Part shown: positions 8,776 through 18,764 of the stretch, one piece after another
Layout: every line of letters starts with the position of its first letter
Position numbering within the stretch: position 1 is the stretch's first letter
From: Pseudomonadota bacterium
Lineage (GTDB): Bacteria > Bdellovibrionota > FAC87 > UBA2466
Length of the DNA stretch: 39,241 nt
Assembly (NCBI GenBank): GCA_043767805.1
Contig: JAYUGC010000029.1
Coordinates: forward strand, 1 to 39,241
Direction of reading: 5' to 3'
Made by a program: the position numbers and the translations under genes
The notes under the pieces: generated by a model
Databases searched by the model: none
Seen by the model: only the letters and a program-made list of their open reading frames with translations
Told to the model about the DNA's origin: nothing

Positions 8776-10419
8776 CTAGATCGTGATCTTTTTGGAGGCC
8801 GAGAGAAGATTGCCGGTGTCTTTTCGCACTTCCGGCGTATCAAAGCGCACGCGCACTTCCCACTCACCCTTGACGTCCTTCTCGTCCTGCTCCCACTTCT
8901 TCTCTCCGTCGAGATGGCCTACGTGCTGGCCCTTCATCCACCATTCGATGGTGAGCGGCGCGAGCGGCGGCGTCACGACTTCCATTTGCACGCGGCCCGG
9001 GCTCGGGCGGGCGACTTTGAGCTCGTCGATGACCTTTACCTTGCCGAAGAATTTCAGCCAGTTGTTCTCCTGGCATACCGGGCAGAAATGGCGTGAGCTC
9101 ATGTTGCGCATCAGACAGGTCTCGTTGGTCGCGCGGTAGCCGCCGACGCCATTGGATCTCATGAAGTTGGGGAAAATGCCGACGTGCTCCTGATCGAAGT
9201 CGAAGTCCCGCGCGTACTCGTGCACGGTGAGCGAGGAGAGAAAGTTATTGCCGTCGTTCACGCCGCTGCCGAATTTCAGCTCGTGCGCTCCTTTGGAGAA
9301 TCCGTCCTTCCAGACGAGATCGTAAAAAGTGCGATCGGGCGTGCCGGGGCTATGAACCGCAATGGACTCGCCATCGAGCGTGACGTCCAAATCATGATCG
9401 GTCTCGACGCCGGAGGCGCTAAAGCGGATGGCCCGCGTGCCCCAGTCCCCGGTGCTGTCGAATTTGACGACGAGCGGGCCCGACGCCAAATTTTTCCACG
9501 GCCAGTCGACGAAATGGGCCACGGACTTTTCCGGCTTCGCGCCGCTTTTTAACCAATGGTTCCAGGTCACTTTCGACGAGCTGCTGAAGTTCGCACCGAA
9601 GAAGGTCGCTTCGCCTCCGTCGTACTCCTCGCCCACGCGCCCGAAGTTGTGGCCTAGCTCGTGACGAAGCACGATAGGGCCGCTGGTGACGGACGAAGTG
9701 GTGATGGCGAACTGTCCCCCCAGGCCGCCGTAATAAGGATCGTTGGCGACGAGGATCGGGTAATCGCAATCGGGAGCTTTGGAGCAAGAGCTGGAGGCCG
9801 CGGCGGAGTCGCCCGGCATGATCGCCCTTAACGTATCTCCCACCCGATAGAGCCGGTAAGCGGTGTTCTTCGGCCGATCGTTCTTGCCAATGCCCGACTC
9901 GGCGGAAGCGCGGAAGACGGCGTGCACGTTGAAGATCGCCCGGTACGAGGCGTAGGTATCGCTCTTGAAGATATCGTCGACTAAACGCTGAACATCGGCC
10001 AAAAACTTCGGCTTCTCGGCAGCGGTGTACCCGTCTCCCATGAAAACCAAGTCGATACGGTTCGCCGGCGGGCCGTTGGAGACCAAGGTAACCACCTCAT
10101 CGATGGCGCGCGCGTCGCGGTGCTTAACTTCGATGACTCCGCGGGCTTTCAGCATGCCACGGAGCATCCCGGAGTCCGTGCTCTCCAGCTCCACGATGAC
10201 GCCCCCCCCGAGATCGACGTTCTCGCCGATGAAACGGGGATACGAGCGTTCCACCACCGCGCGCGTGAGCAAATCCTCGTCGAGCAAAGTAGTCTTGAAC
10301 GACTCCAGAACCCGGCGTCCCTTCGCGTCTTCGCTGTACTGAGCGCGGTACACCGCGCCCTCGCCGCAAAGCGGCAAGAAAAGGGTGACAAGCGCAAGCC
10401 AAACCGCTGCGGTTTTCAT
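8776..10419 (-). CDS. Secreted M64-family (IgA peptidase-like) metallopeptidase
   Basis: Signal peptide, RIDLVFMGDGYT, HELGHNFGRVGEEY, CLMR...FCPVC. Confidence 0.88.
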   Translation of the reverse strand: MKTAAVWLALVTLFLPLCGEGAVYRAQYSEDAKGRRVLESFKTTLLDEDLLTRAVVERSYPRFIGENVDLGGGVIVELESTDSGMLRGMLKARGVIEVKHRDARAIDEVVTLVSNGPPANRIDLVFMGDGYTAAEKPKFLADVQRLVDDIFKSDTYASYRAIFNVHAVFRASAESGIGKNDRPKNTAYRLYRVGDTLRAIMPGDSAAASSSCSKAPDCDYPILVANDPYYGGLGGQFAITTSSVTSGPIVLRHELGHNFGRVGEEYDGGEATFFGANFSSSSKVTWNHWLKSGAKPEKSVAHFVDWPWKNLASGPLVVKFDSTGDWGTRAIRFSASGVETDHDLDVTLDGESIAVHSPGTPDRTFYDLVWKDGFSKGAHELKFGSGVNDGNNFLSSLTVHEYARDFDFDQEHVGIFPNFMRSNGVGGYRATNETCLMRNMSSRHFCPVCQENNWLKFFGKVKVIDELKVARPSPGRVQMEVVTPPLAPLTIEWWMKGQHVGHLDGEKKWEQDEKDVKGEWEVRVRFDTPEVRKDTGNLLSASKKITI

Positions 10420-10604
10420 AAGCGATCCCCCAAGTTTTTCGATTCCTCTACGGTACTGCGGGAGCGGCGGGGGCGCAACGCTCGGCTCGGGCCCGGGGCG
10501 TCATGATCTATCTAGAGAGCGACGCGTTATCGCCGTCAAGAAAGCGGCGCAAACAACCGATGAAATAAAGGTAATCGCAAAAAACGGCTCGTCTTTTTCA
10601 CGCC

Positions 10605-12002
10605 ATGCTCTTCACCGACCGCCTCTTTCTTTTTTACTTTCTACCGACCGCGTTGATCTTGCATCGCCTGGCTCTCTGGAAGTCTCCTGAAGGGACCTAC
10701 GGAAAATGGCCGCGCCTCATGCTCTTCTCGCTCACGCTGATTTTCTACGGTTGGACGAATTGGTGGTGGCTGGTTCCTTTCCTGCTCTCGGTGATTTTTG
10801 ATTTCTTGTGGGCGAAACGCCTCTCCGAAGCGCAATCGGATGGCCGGCGAAAGCTCTGGCTCGCGCTCTCAGTTTGCCAAAACCTGGGTCTTCTCGCCGT
10901 CTTCAAATACTGGAATCTGATCGCTGAAGGCATTGAGGCCCTGAACCCGGCCTGGCACATTCCCAGGAGCACTTTGCCTCTTCCCGCAGGCATTTCTTTT
11001 TACACCTTCGAGTCCCTGAGCTTCGTCATCGACGTGTATCGGCGAGACATCACGCCGCCACGCACACGTCTAGAATTTCTGACCTACATCGGCATGTTTC
11101 CACGCTTCATCGCCGGACCCATCGTTCGTTACCGCGACTTGCGCAACCAGCTGGACCGGTACCAGGGCATGCAGGTGAGTGAAGGATTGGCCGTCTTCAT
11201 TCAGGGTCTATTTCGCAAAGCCTGTCTCGCCGACAGCTTCGCCGTCTTCGCGGACTATGCATTCGGGGCCACGTCTCAGCTCGACTTTTTCTCGGCGTGG
11301 ATTGGGGTGCTCGCCTACACCATGCAAATCTACTTCGACTTCTCCGGTTACTCGCTGATGGCCATTGGACTCGGCAAATGCCTGGGCTTTTCCTTTCCCG
11401 CGAACTTCGATCGCCCTTACCTGGCCACCTCCTTCCGCGATTTCTGGCGGCGCTGGCATATCACTTTGTCGATGTGGCTCAGAGACTACCTCTACATTCC
11501 TCTCGGCGGCGCCAAGCGAGGCACGGCGCGGAGGTATGTGAATCTCCTCCTGACCATGGTCATCGGCGGTCTGTGGCACGGCGCCTCGCTGATGTTTCTC
11601 GCTTGGGGAGCCTGGCATGGAGGGCTGCTCGTTCTCGAACGCGTCACGGGTTTCGCCGATAAGTCTCCTCGCTGGGTCGGGCGGCTAGTCACTTTCTTTG
11701 GCGTCACACTCGGCTGGGTATTTTTCCGCGCGGCAAATGCCACCGAGGCCACTCATATTTTCAAGGCGCTCTTTTCGCCTTGGAACCGGGTCGTTACTTT
11801 CAACCCGACCGCCGCGCTGGTCTCGCCGGTAGCTCTGGGCTTTAGCGTTCTGGGACTCGTTTATTGCTTCCTCGGAGAAGACCTCAAACTAGGGCGAGGT
11901 AATCCTCGCTGGCAGCAAGCGTGGCCGCTCGCCTTGGCGGGACTCGCCCTCGTCGTGCTTTTCAGCAATGAAGTCATTCCTTTTCTCTATTTTCAGTTTT
12001 AG
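10605..12002 (+). CDS. MBOAT-family O-acyltransferase (AlgI/PatA/DltB-like)
   Basis: LPAGISFYTF, AGPIVR, QIYFDFSGYS, FWRRWHITLS, GLWHGA, C-terminal FLYFQF. Confidence 0.95.
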   Translation: MLFTDRLFLFYFLPTALILHRLALWKSPEGTYGKWPRLMLFSLTLIFYGWTNWWWLVPFLLSVIFDFLWAKRLSEAQSDGRRKLWLALSVCQNLGLLAVFKYWNLIAEGIEALNPAWHIPRSTLPLPAGISFYTFESLSFVIDVYRRDITPPRTRLEFLTYIGMFPRFIAGPIVRYRDLRNQLDRYQGMQVSEGLAVFIQGLFRKACLADSFAVFADYAFGATSQLDFFSAWIGVLAYTMQIYFDFSGYSLMAIGLGKCLGFSFPANFDRPYLATSFRDFWRRWHITLSMWLRDYLYIPLGGAKRGTARRYVNLLLTMVIGGLWHGASLMFLAWGAWHGGLLVLERVTGFADKSPRWVGRLVTFFGVTLGWVFFRAANATEATHIFKALFSPWNRVVTFNPTAALVSPVALGFSVLGLVYCFLGEDLKLGRGNPRWQQAWPLALAGLALVVLFSNEVIPFLYFQF

Positions 12003-12013
12003 GAGATCGACGG

Positions 12014-13138
12014 TTGGAACCCACGACGCAAAAAAAACGACTTGCCTGGCACTTGCTGGCTGCCGTCGTCGTGTATCACGCGAACAATGTCCTGCACCTC
12101 ACCCGGCCGGTAAAAAATGGCTGGCATGCGTTCGATGCCAGCCGCGCCGCCATCGCCGGAGTGGGCCATACCGCGCGCTACTTTCTCGGTCAGGAAAACT
12201 CCTTCTTTTTCTTCGGACAAAAACAACCGCATCAACGCCTGTACGAGAGATCTGATCTAGACCTCGAGAAAGCTGGGTTGGAAAAACACGCGCTACCGCA
12301 TCTCGCTAAAGTCACGACGCTCTTTCGGGCAGCCAGATGCCGCGGCATCATCCCCATGGCAGCGCTCATCCCACCGAAATCCATCATCGAGCGCGAGCGT
12401 TTGCCGGAGGTGCTCCCTCCGAACGAATTGTGGGAATCGCTCGGCCCCAAAGTCGCGGAGGACGCCGGGATAGGCCACCGCGTTCTGCGGACTCAAGATC
12501 CCCGGTTCTTTTTGGATCTCTTCAAGCCTTTCCACAGCTACCACAAGCAGTTTCCGGAAGAAGACATCTACGTGCCGTGGGATTACCACCTAACCTCTTA
12601 CGGCATGGCAATCGTAACGGCGGAAATCGTCAAACAGCTCGCCGCGCGGGGAGAGCCTATCGCTCAACCGACTCTCGTGCGCCGGGCTTCGATGCCGGCG
12701 CAATACCTGGACAATCTGGTTACCATGCTGCACCTGCCGGACAGAGTTCTAACGAAGCTGCCTCAATTCTCTTGGACGGAACCGATCTACGAAGTCGAGG
12801 CGGAGGGCAAGCTCACCGGCGTTAAGCGAGTCGTATTGCTCGGCACCAGCTTCTCCGGCCGGCTCCATCCTCTGAAATTAGCGCTCGGGCACATGCTCGA
12901 AAAGACCTTGCATGTTCCCGTCGTCGAAGCGCTGGCGAACGGCCGGACGACGGAAGATCTGCTGACTCATCTTGCGAGCCAGGGGCAAAGCCTTCGCTCG
13001 GGAGATCTTCTCATCGTCGAACAACCCTTCAAAAATCTGCAACGCAAACTCAAGCCTTTTCCAAAAGTCTGGACCACGGACCGCGCCCTCGCCTCAGCGC
13101 CCGAAGCCCTCGCCGAATGCCTCAGTTTCGGCCATTAA
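12014..13138 (+). CDS. AlgJ/AlgX-like SGNH O-acetyltransferase partner
   Basis: Directly follows the MBOAT gene; D-x-H (WDYHLT) precedes GTSFS as in the AlgX/AlgJ permutation; N-terminal membrane anchor. Confidence 0.7.
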   Translation: MEPTTQKKRLAWHLLAAVVVYHANNVLHLTRPVKNGWHAFDASRAAIAGVGHTARYFLGQENSFFFFGQKQPHQRLYERSDLDLEKAGLEKHALPHLAKVTTLFRAARCRGIIPMAALIPPKSIIERERLPEVLPPNELWESLGPKVAEDAGIGHRVLRTQDPRFFLDLFKPFHSYHKQFPEEDIYVPWDYHLTSYGMAIVTAEIVKQLAARGEPIAQPTLVRRASMPAQYLDNLVTMLHLPDRVLTKLPQFSWTEPIYEVEAEGKLTGVKRVVLLGTSFSGRLHPLKLALGHMLEKTLHVPVVEALANGRTTEDLLTHLASQGQSLRSGDLLIVEQPFKNLQRKLKPFPKVWTTDRALASAPEALAECLSFGH

Positions 13139-13267
13139 AAGGTGTCTGGATACTAACCCCGCCAAAAGGTGTGTGGATACTTTTAGCCAAGAGCGCTCCC
13201 CTGATCTATTTTCTCAGCTTGATTATAAATCGCTGATTGCCCAGCTAAAAGTATCCACACACCTTTT
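13137..13267. repeat. REP-like cluster: one partial copy plus a perfect 24-bp inverted pair
   Basis: AAAAGGTGTCTGGATAC (13137); AAAAGGTGTGTGGATACTTTTAGC (13164-13187) and its reverse complement (13244-13267); lies between convergent genes. Confidence 0.8.
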
Positions 13268-13694
13268 AGGCAGTGCGGCGGTGGTGGAGGGATTCCCAGG
13301 TTTCGCGGAGCTTTTTCTCGAAGACTTCGATGACAAAGGGCTTCGCCAGGTAATTGTTCACGCCCGCGTTGATGGCTTCGACGACCTGATCTTTGCGCGT
13401 ATTGGTGGTGAGTAAGAGAAAAGGCGTTCCGGACACACGGTTATCCGCCCGCATTTTTTTCAAGAGCTCCAGACCCGACATGCCGGGCATCTTCCAGTCG
13501 GCGACGACGAGCTGAAAGGGCTTGCCGAGCCGAATTGATTTTTCAATCTCCGCCCAGGCGATAACCCCGTTCTCGGCCTCCACTACGTTGGTGTAGCCCA
13601 TCTTGTAGAGCATCCGATGGATGATCTTACGAGTGATCTCGGTGTCCTCGATGAGGAGAATCTTCGTCTCGTAGGGGAAGTGATTGGTATGCAT
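13266..13694 (-). CDS. CheY-like single-domain response regulator
   Basis: ILLIED, DWKMPGMSG, LLLTT, YLAKPF. Confidence 0.92.
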   Translation of the reverse strand: MHTNHFPYETKILLIEDTEITRKIIHRMLYKMGYTNVVEAENGVIAWAEIEKSIRLGKPFQLVVADWKMPGMSGLELLKKMRADNRVSGTPFLLLTTNTRKDQVVEAINAGVNNYLAKPFVIEVFEKKLRETWESLHHRRTA

Positions 13695-13712
13695 AGTTCG
13701 CTCTTTGCCTGT

Positions 13713-16700
13713 TTAAGCCGCGTGGGAAATCCCAGCTCCTGGCTTCTCTTCGACTTCCAATTCCTTCAAAGTTTTTCGGTACTCGGCTCTGAGCTGCTTC
13801 AAGAGAGCTCGCGCCTTCTCGAAGGCCCGCTTCTCGCCGACTCTTTCGAGCTTCAAACAAATCGCCGCCATGCCCTTCGCCCCGAGGCTCGCGCAGCCCG
13901 ACTTCAGGCGGTGCGCCTCGTCGGAAATGACCGTGCCGTCTTTCTCGACGATCGCTTCCGCGAGGCGGTCGAGGCTTTTCGGCGTCGTCTCCTTGAACGT
14001 GCGAATGAGATCGGTCACGAAATCCTCGGAGCCATCCTGAAGCAGGCGCAAAGAGAAGAGCGCGGAACGATCCAAAGTCTCCGACTCCGCAGCTTCCGGC
14101 GCGGCCGTCGCTACCCGCGTAGGCGCTTCGGCTACTTTCCGTCCGGAGGACCATTTTTCGAGGGTACGGCCCATCTCCTCGAGGCTGATGGGCTTGGAAA
14201 GATAGTCGTCCATGCCGGCCGCGAGGCATTTCTCGCGATCGCTTGCCATGGCGTGGGCGGTGAGCGCCACTACTGGCGTCCCCTGCTTACCCGCTTCCGC
14301 TTCTCGAATGCGGCGAACGGCTTCATACCCGTCTACTCCCGGCATCTGGCAATCGAGAAAGATGATGTCGTAGGTCTTCTTCGCGGCCGCTTGGATGGCC
14401 TCGGCACCGCCGACGGCGATATCCACTTCACACTGCAGCTTTTCCAAGATGAGACGAACCACTTTCTGGTTCATGGGATTGTCTTCAGCGACGAGGACCT
14501 TAAGGAGAGGCCGCTTCGCGGAGGCCCGCTTTTTCGTCTCGGGCTTCACCAAAGTCGACGCGGCATCGAGCAGGACGAAGAACGCGAACGAAGAGCCTTT
14601 GCCGAACTGACTCTCGACGTTGATCTCCCCTCCCATCAGGGTGACGAGCCGGCGGCAGATACTCAAACCCAGACCCGAGCCGCCGAAACGGCGGCTCGTC
14701 GAAGTATCCGCTTGAGAGAAGCTCTCGAAAATAGGCTCGCGCTGAGCGTCGGTGAGGCCGATGCCCGTGTCCGCGACTTCAACGTCGATGCGAACCTTGC
14801 CCGAAGTCTGCGGGCGGCCGGAGAGGTAAATCGCGACCTCTCCTTCCCGCGTGAACTTAATAGCGTTGCCGACGAGATTGACCAGAATTTGGCGCAGCCG
14901 GTTGGAATCGCCGCGCACGTAAGGAGGCGTTTCGGAATCGAGCTCCACTTTCAGTTTTAGGTTCTTCTGGGCCGCGAGATACACGAACATTTCTTGGGTG
15001 GACTCGAGCAGCCGGGACAAATCAAAGTCGGCCGATTCCAGGTCGAGCTTGTCCGCTTCGATTTTGGAAAAATCCAGGATGTCGCTAATCAGCGCGAGCA
15101 AAGTGGTGGACGCCGATTGAATGCCCTTGGCGAAATCGAGCTGCTGGCGGTTCAGCTTCGTATCCAAAATAAGCTCCGCCATGCCGACGACCGCGTTGAG
15201 CGGGGTGCGGATCTCGTGACTCATATTGGCCAGGAACTCGGACTTGTGCCGGGACGCTTCGAGCGCCGCTTCCCGGGCTTCCATTAATTCGAGCGACTGA
15301 CGGCGGGACTGCTCGTCGGATGCGGCGAGATAGCGATTGGCGGTCTCGAGCTCTCTCGCCCGGTCGTTGACGACTTGAGACAGCCGCGCGAGGAAAGCAA
15401 CGAGAAGCGCGAGAAATAGACCGCTTCCCAGCACCGCTTCGGGTAGGAGCGACCGGAATTGACGAGTCGTGGTCACCGTCGGCGCGACGACAAGTCCCGC
15501 GCTGATGCCATACAAGTCGAGGGTCGACTCGAGCGAGAAACCGCGGGCGGGGTTTCCCTCTCCTCTCTCGTAAAGCCTATCCTCGCCGTGATTCAGGCGA
15601 ACGACGAAGCCCATGGCCGGATTGTCCTGGAGAACGGCATCCATGAGCTCCGGGATTTGAATGAGCGCGACGAGATACCCGTCGAACCGATCCTGATGGA
15701 ATACCGGAACGTGAATCTGAAAGAAGCTACCCGGCAGACGAAGATCTTTGCCGCGGGTAAAGAGCGGTGTCGCCTGGTCCGCGTGGCGGGTCAGGGCGAG
15801 GCGCCGGATCGAGTCCATGCCGAAATCGATTTCCTCGTCTTCGAACGCATCTTCCGCGAGCGAGCTCCACCGCTTCACGAAACTGCCGTCGAACCAGGCG
15901 ACCGTACGATAGGCCGGGAAATGGCGCATGAACAGTTTCGCTTCGGCTTCCCAGGCTTTCACTTCGGGGCGGCCGCGATCGCGCCAGCGGTTCGCCATCC
16001 GGCGAAGCGGCAAGACCTGCGCATCGATGCGCGACTCGATCCGCTCGGAAACTTCCCCGGACTTTTCCAGAGTGAACTCTTTGAGGAGCGTACGCTCTCG
16101 CGCGACGAGCCCTTGCCAGAGAATGATGGGAACCGTAGCCATTCCCACGAGCGTCGCCATGGGCACCCAGCGCCAACCGCCGGAGGAAGCTTTGCCTTCG
16201 AGCAAACGGGCCGCGGCCAGGTAAGCGATCCCTAGCGCGAAAAGTCCCCACGCGAGCGCCTCACTCAAGAGACGACCGGAGCCCCAAGTATGGGCGCCCG
16301 GAAAATAAGCGAGGTGGCCGAAAAGCGCCGAAAGACTGGTGGCAGCGGCAAAAGCCCCGGCGATTCCACAACCGAGAGAGCTCCAGCGGCGGGCGTAGGG
16401 AATCCCGAGCAGCGCCATGCCCGCGACCAAAAGTACGGCGGAGGCCGGCCAGGCGGCGGGGGCTCCGAGGCTTCCGCCCAAGAAACCTTTGAAGCCAAAC
16501 CCCATCACGAACGCCCCGAGCCCGACGGTCACATATTTACGGGGAGAAAGAACAGAGAGGATCCCGACCATCGCCAGACAAAGCCCGATCGAGCCATCGA
16601 GGCTGCCGGTTTTCATTTTCCAGTGCCAGAGCAGCCAAACTCCCACCCCGGCGCCCGCAAGGGCGCTCGCGATCAAAGTCCGCCCCGCGGATAGGGGCAA

Positions 16701-16727
16701 TCGAGCCTTTGGCTTAACGAGGTTCAT
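13713..16727 (-). CDS. Hybrid sensor histidine kinase (TM, CHASE-like sensor, HisKA, HATPase, REC, HPt)
   Basis: FLANMSHEIRTPLN, NLVGNAIKFT, DTGIG, GGSGLGL, DCQMP, AHRLKSG. Confidence 0.95.
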   Translation of the reverse strand: MNLVKPKARLPLSAGRTLIASALAGAGVGVWLLWHWKMKTGSLDGSIGLCLAMVGILSVLSPRKYVTVGLGAFVMGFGFKGFLGGSLGAPAAWPASAVLLVAGMALLGIPYARRWSSLGCGIAGAFAAATSLSALFGHLAYFPGAHTWGSGRLLSEALAWGLFALGIAYLAAARLLEGKASSGGWRWVPMATLVGMATVPIILWQGLVARERTLLKEFTLEKSGEVSERIESRIDAQVLPLRRMANRWRDRGRPEVKAWEAEAKLFMRHFPAYRTVAWFDGSFVKRWSSLAEDAFEDEEIDFGMDSIRRLALTRHADQATPLFTRGKDLRLPGSFFQIHVPVFHQDRFDGYLVALIQIPELMDAVLQDNPAMGFVVRLNHGEDRLYERGEGNPARGFSLESTLDLYGISAGLVVAPTVTTTRQFRSLLPEAVLGSGLFLALLVAFLARLSQVVNDRARELETANRYLAASDEQSRRQSLELMEAREAALEASRHKSEFLANMSHEIRTPLNAVVGMAELILDTKLNRQQLDFAKGIQSASTTLLALISDILDFSKIEADKLDLESADFDLSRLLESTQEMFVYLAAQKNLKLKVELDSETPPYVRGDSNRLRQILVNLVGNAIKFTREGEVAIYLSGRPQTSGKVRIDVEVADTGIGLTDAQREPIFESFSQADTSTSRRFGGSGLGLSICRRLVTLMGGEINVESQFGKGSSFAFFVLLDAASTLVKPETKKRASAKRPLLKVLVAEDNPMNQKVVRLILEKLQCEVDIAVGGAEAIQAAAKKTYDIIFLDCQMPGVDGYEAVRRIREAEAGKQGTPVVALTAHAMASDREKCLAAGMDDYLSKPISLEEMGRTLEKWSSGRKVAEAPTRVATAAPEAAESETLDRSALFSLRLLQDGSEDFVTDLIRTFKETTPKSLDRLAEAIVEKDGTVISDEAHRLKSGCASLGAKGMAAICLKLERVGEKRAFEKARALLKQLRAEYRKTLKELEVEEKPGAGISHAA

Positions 16728-16838
16728 CGCTAACTTATCGGCTAGTCCAGGCCATAGACTAAGGACTTAGTAGCGCGGTGCGTCTAAAACCAAATCTACG
16801 TTTTGACACACGGGCTTAGTTAGGATTTCTTGTGGCCC

Positions 16839-18746
16839 ATGCGCGCGCAACTGGTGCTTGAAAACGTGGGAGTCCACCTCCCCAATCGCGTCCTGTTCGA
16901 GAAGATCAACTGGACGCTTTATGAAGGCATGCGGGTCGCCTTGGCCGGACGTAACGGCTCGGGAAAATCGACCTTGCTCCGGATCATGTCCGGGAAACTC
17001 GATCCCGTGGATGGGCAGTGCACCATCGTGGGCAAAAGAAGCCTTCGGATCGGCTACCTCGACCAAAGTTTGCTCGACTCCGCGGTGCTGGAGACCAAAC
17101 AGCTCAAAGATCAGAGCTTATCGGCGGTGAGTTTCCTTACCCAGCGGTTAGAGAGAAATCGCCCCGAAGACGATCACACGGACGACGAGTGGCGCATCCG
17201 CAAAATGCTCGCCGGTCTGGGTTTCGACGACGCGCTCATGGACGGTTCCATGAACCGCTTGAGCGGAGGCTGGCTGCTCCGCATGTTCATCGCGGGCACG
17301 CTCCTCGATAACCCCGACGTTTTGCTGCTCGACGAGCCTACCAACCATTTGGACTTATCGTCGATTCAGTGGCTCGAGGAATTCCTGCAGAAGGAATATC
17401 AGGGCAGCATCATTCTGGTGACCCATGACGTGGCTCTGCAAAAGCGCACCACCGATTCGCTCGCCATCGTGCACGGCGGCCACTTTTATTTCCGCACTCA
17501 CCAGCGCGACTATCTGACCTTTCGCGAATCGCTGGAAGAAGATCGCCGCGTCCTCGAAAAAAACATCGAAGGGCTTACGAAACGGATCGAAGAAGGCCAA
17601 GAGTTCTACGATCGTTTCCGGGCGAACGCTTCGATGGCTCCTCGCGCGCAAAGTAAGCTCAGAGACGTTCAGGAACTGACCAAAGAGCGGGCCGAGCTCA
17701 AAGATCGCCTGCTCCGCATCCAGGGCTTTCACTACAATTTGAAGTTCCGCTTCCGCATGGGCGATCCGGGCGGCAAGTTCCCGCTCGTCGCTAAAAACGT
17801 GAGCTTCAAGTACAAGGACAGCGATCCTTGGATCTTGCGGCACGTGAATATCGACGTCACCCGCGGCCAGCGCATCGCCATCATCGGAGACAACGGCGCC
17901 GGTAAGACGACGCTTTTGAACGTTCTTGCTCAGCGTTTAAAGCCCGCCGAAGGCGAAGTGACACCCGGTTACGGCGCGCAGCTCGGCTACTTCGGTCAGC
18001 ATCAGCTCGATGAGCTCATGTTAGAGGGCACGGTTCTGGATAACTTGCGGGCCAAGGCGACCACCGCGTCCCACGAGCAGCTTCGTTCCTGGCTCGGCGC
18101 TTTCGGCTTCCATGGCGATGAGGATACGGGCAAAAAAGTAAAAGTCTTGAGCGGCGGTGAGAGAGCGCGTCTCGCGCTCCTTCGCATTCTGGTGACCCCC
18201 GTGAACGTCACGCTGCTCGACGAACCTACCAACCATTTGGACATCGAGACGAAAGAGCTCCTAAAAGACGCCATCCGCAATTTCGAAGGCACCGTCCTCA
18301 TCGTCTCGCATGATCGCGAATTTTTGAACAGCATCGCCGATCGCATCATTTACTTGAGCGCCGATCACAAGATGACCGATCACTTGGGCGACCTGGAGAG
18401 CTTCTTCAAGAAGTACCCGCAGCACGTCCGGCATCTCGAAGCCAAACTCGTCACGGAAACGAAACCCGCCGAGAAAAAGGCGAAGCCGGCCATCTCTTTC
18501 GAAGAACGCAAGAAAATCAAAAACCGCATCAAGTCGGTCGAGCGCCTCCTCGAAGCGTCCGAGCAGCAAGCTGACAAGCTCTCCACCGAGAAAGCGGAGC
18601 TCGAGGCCAAAGCCAACGCCGCGGGCGGCTCCGATGCGACCATGCTCGCCCGTATCGCGGTTTTGGACAAAGATCTTCAGGCCCGGATGATAGAATGGGA
18701 AAAATGGGGCCTCGAGCTCGAGCAGCTCAAAGCTCAAGTCGATTAA
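16839..18746 (+). CDS. ABC-F family ATP-binding protein
   Basis: Two ABC domains (GRNGSGKST, LSGGW, LDEPTNHLD; GDNGAGKTT, LSGGE), no TM segments, C-terminal coiled coil. Confidence 0.95.
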   Translation: MRAQLVLENVGVHLPNRVLFEKINWTLYEGMRVALAGRNGSGKSTLLRIMSGKLDPVDGQCTIVGKRSLRIGYLDQSLLDSAVLETKQLKDQSLSAVSFLTQRLERNRPEDDHTDDEWRIRKMLAGLGFDDALMDGSMNRLSGGWLLRMFIAGTLLDNPDVLLLDEPTNHLDLSSIQWLEEFLQKEYQGSIILVTHDVALQKRTTDSLAIVHGGHFYFRTHQRDYLTFRESLEEDRRVLEKNIEGLTKRIEEGQEFYDRFRANASMAPRAQSKLRDVQELTKERAELKDRLLRIQGFHYNLKFRFRMGDPGGKFPLVAKNVSFKYKDSDPWILRHVNIDVTRGQRIAIIGDNGAGKTTLLNVLAQRLKPAEGEVTPGYGAQLGYFGQHQLDELMLEGTVLDNLRAKATTASHEQLRSWLGAFGFHGDEDTGKKVKVLSGGERARLALLRILVTPVNVTLLDEPTNHLDIETKELLKDAIRNFEGTVLIVSHDREFLNSIADRIIYLSADHKMTDHLGDLESFFKKYPQHVRHLEAKLVTETKPAEKKAKPAISFEERKKIKNRIKSVERLLEASEQQADKLSTEKAELEAKANAAGGSDATMLARIAVLDKDLQARMIEWEKWGLELEQLKAQVD

Positions 18747-18764
18747 CTCCGGGAATCAACCTCC

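Noticed and set aside
13617..14960. Long antisense ORFs (also 2329-3243, 4207-5007, 20674-21798, 37349-38275)
   Set aside because: Shadow frames of well-supported genes in GC-rich DNA, with no recognisable motifs.
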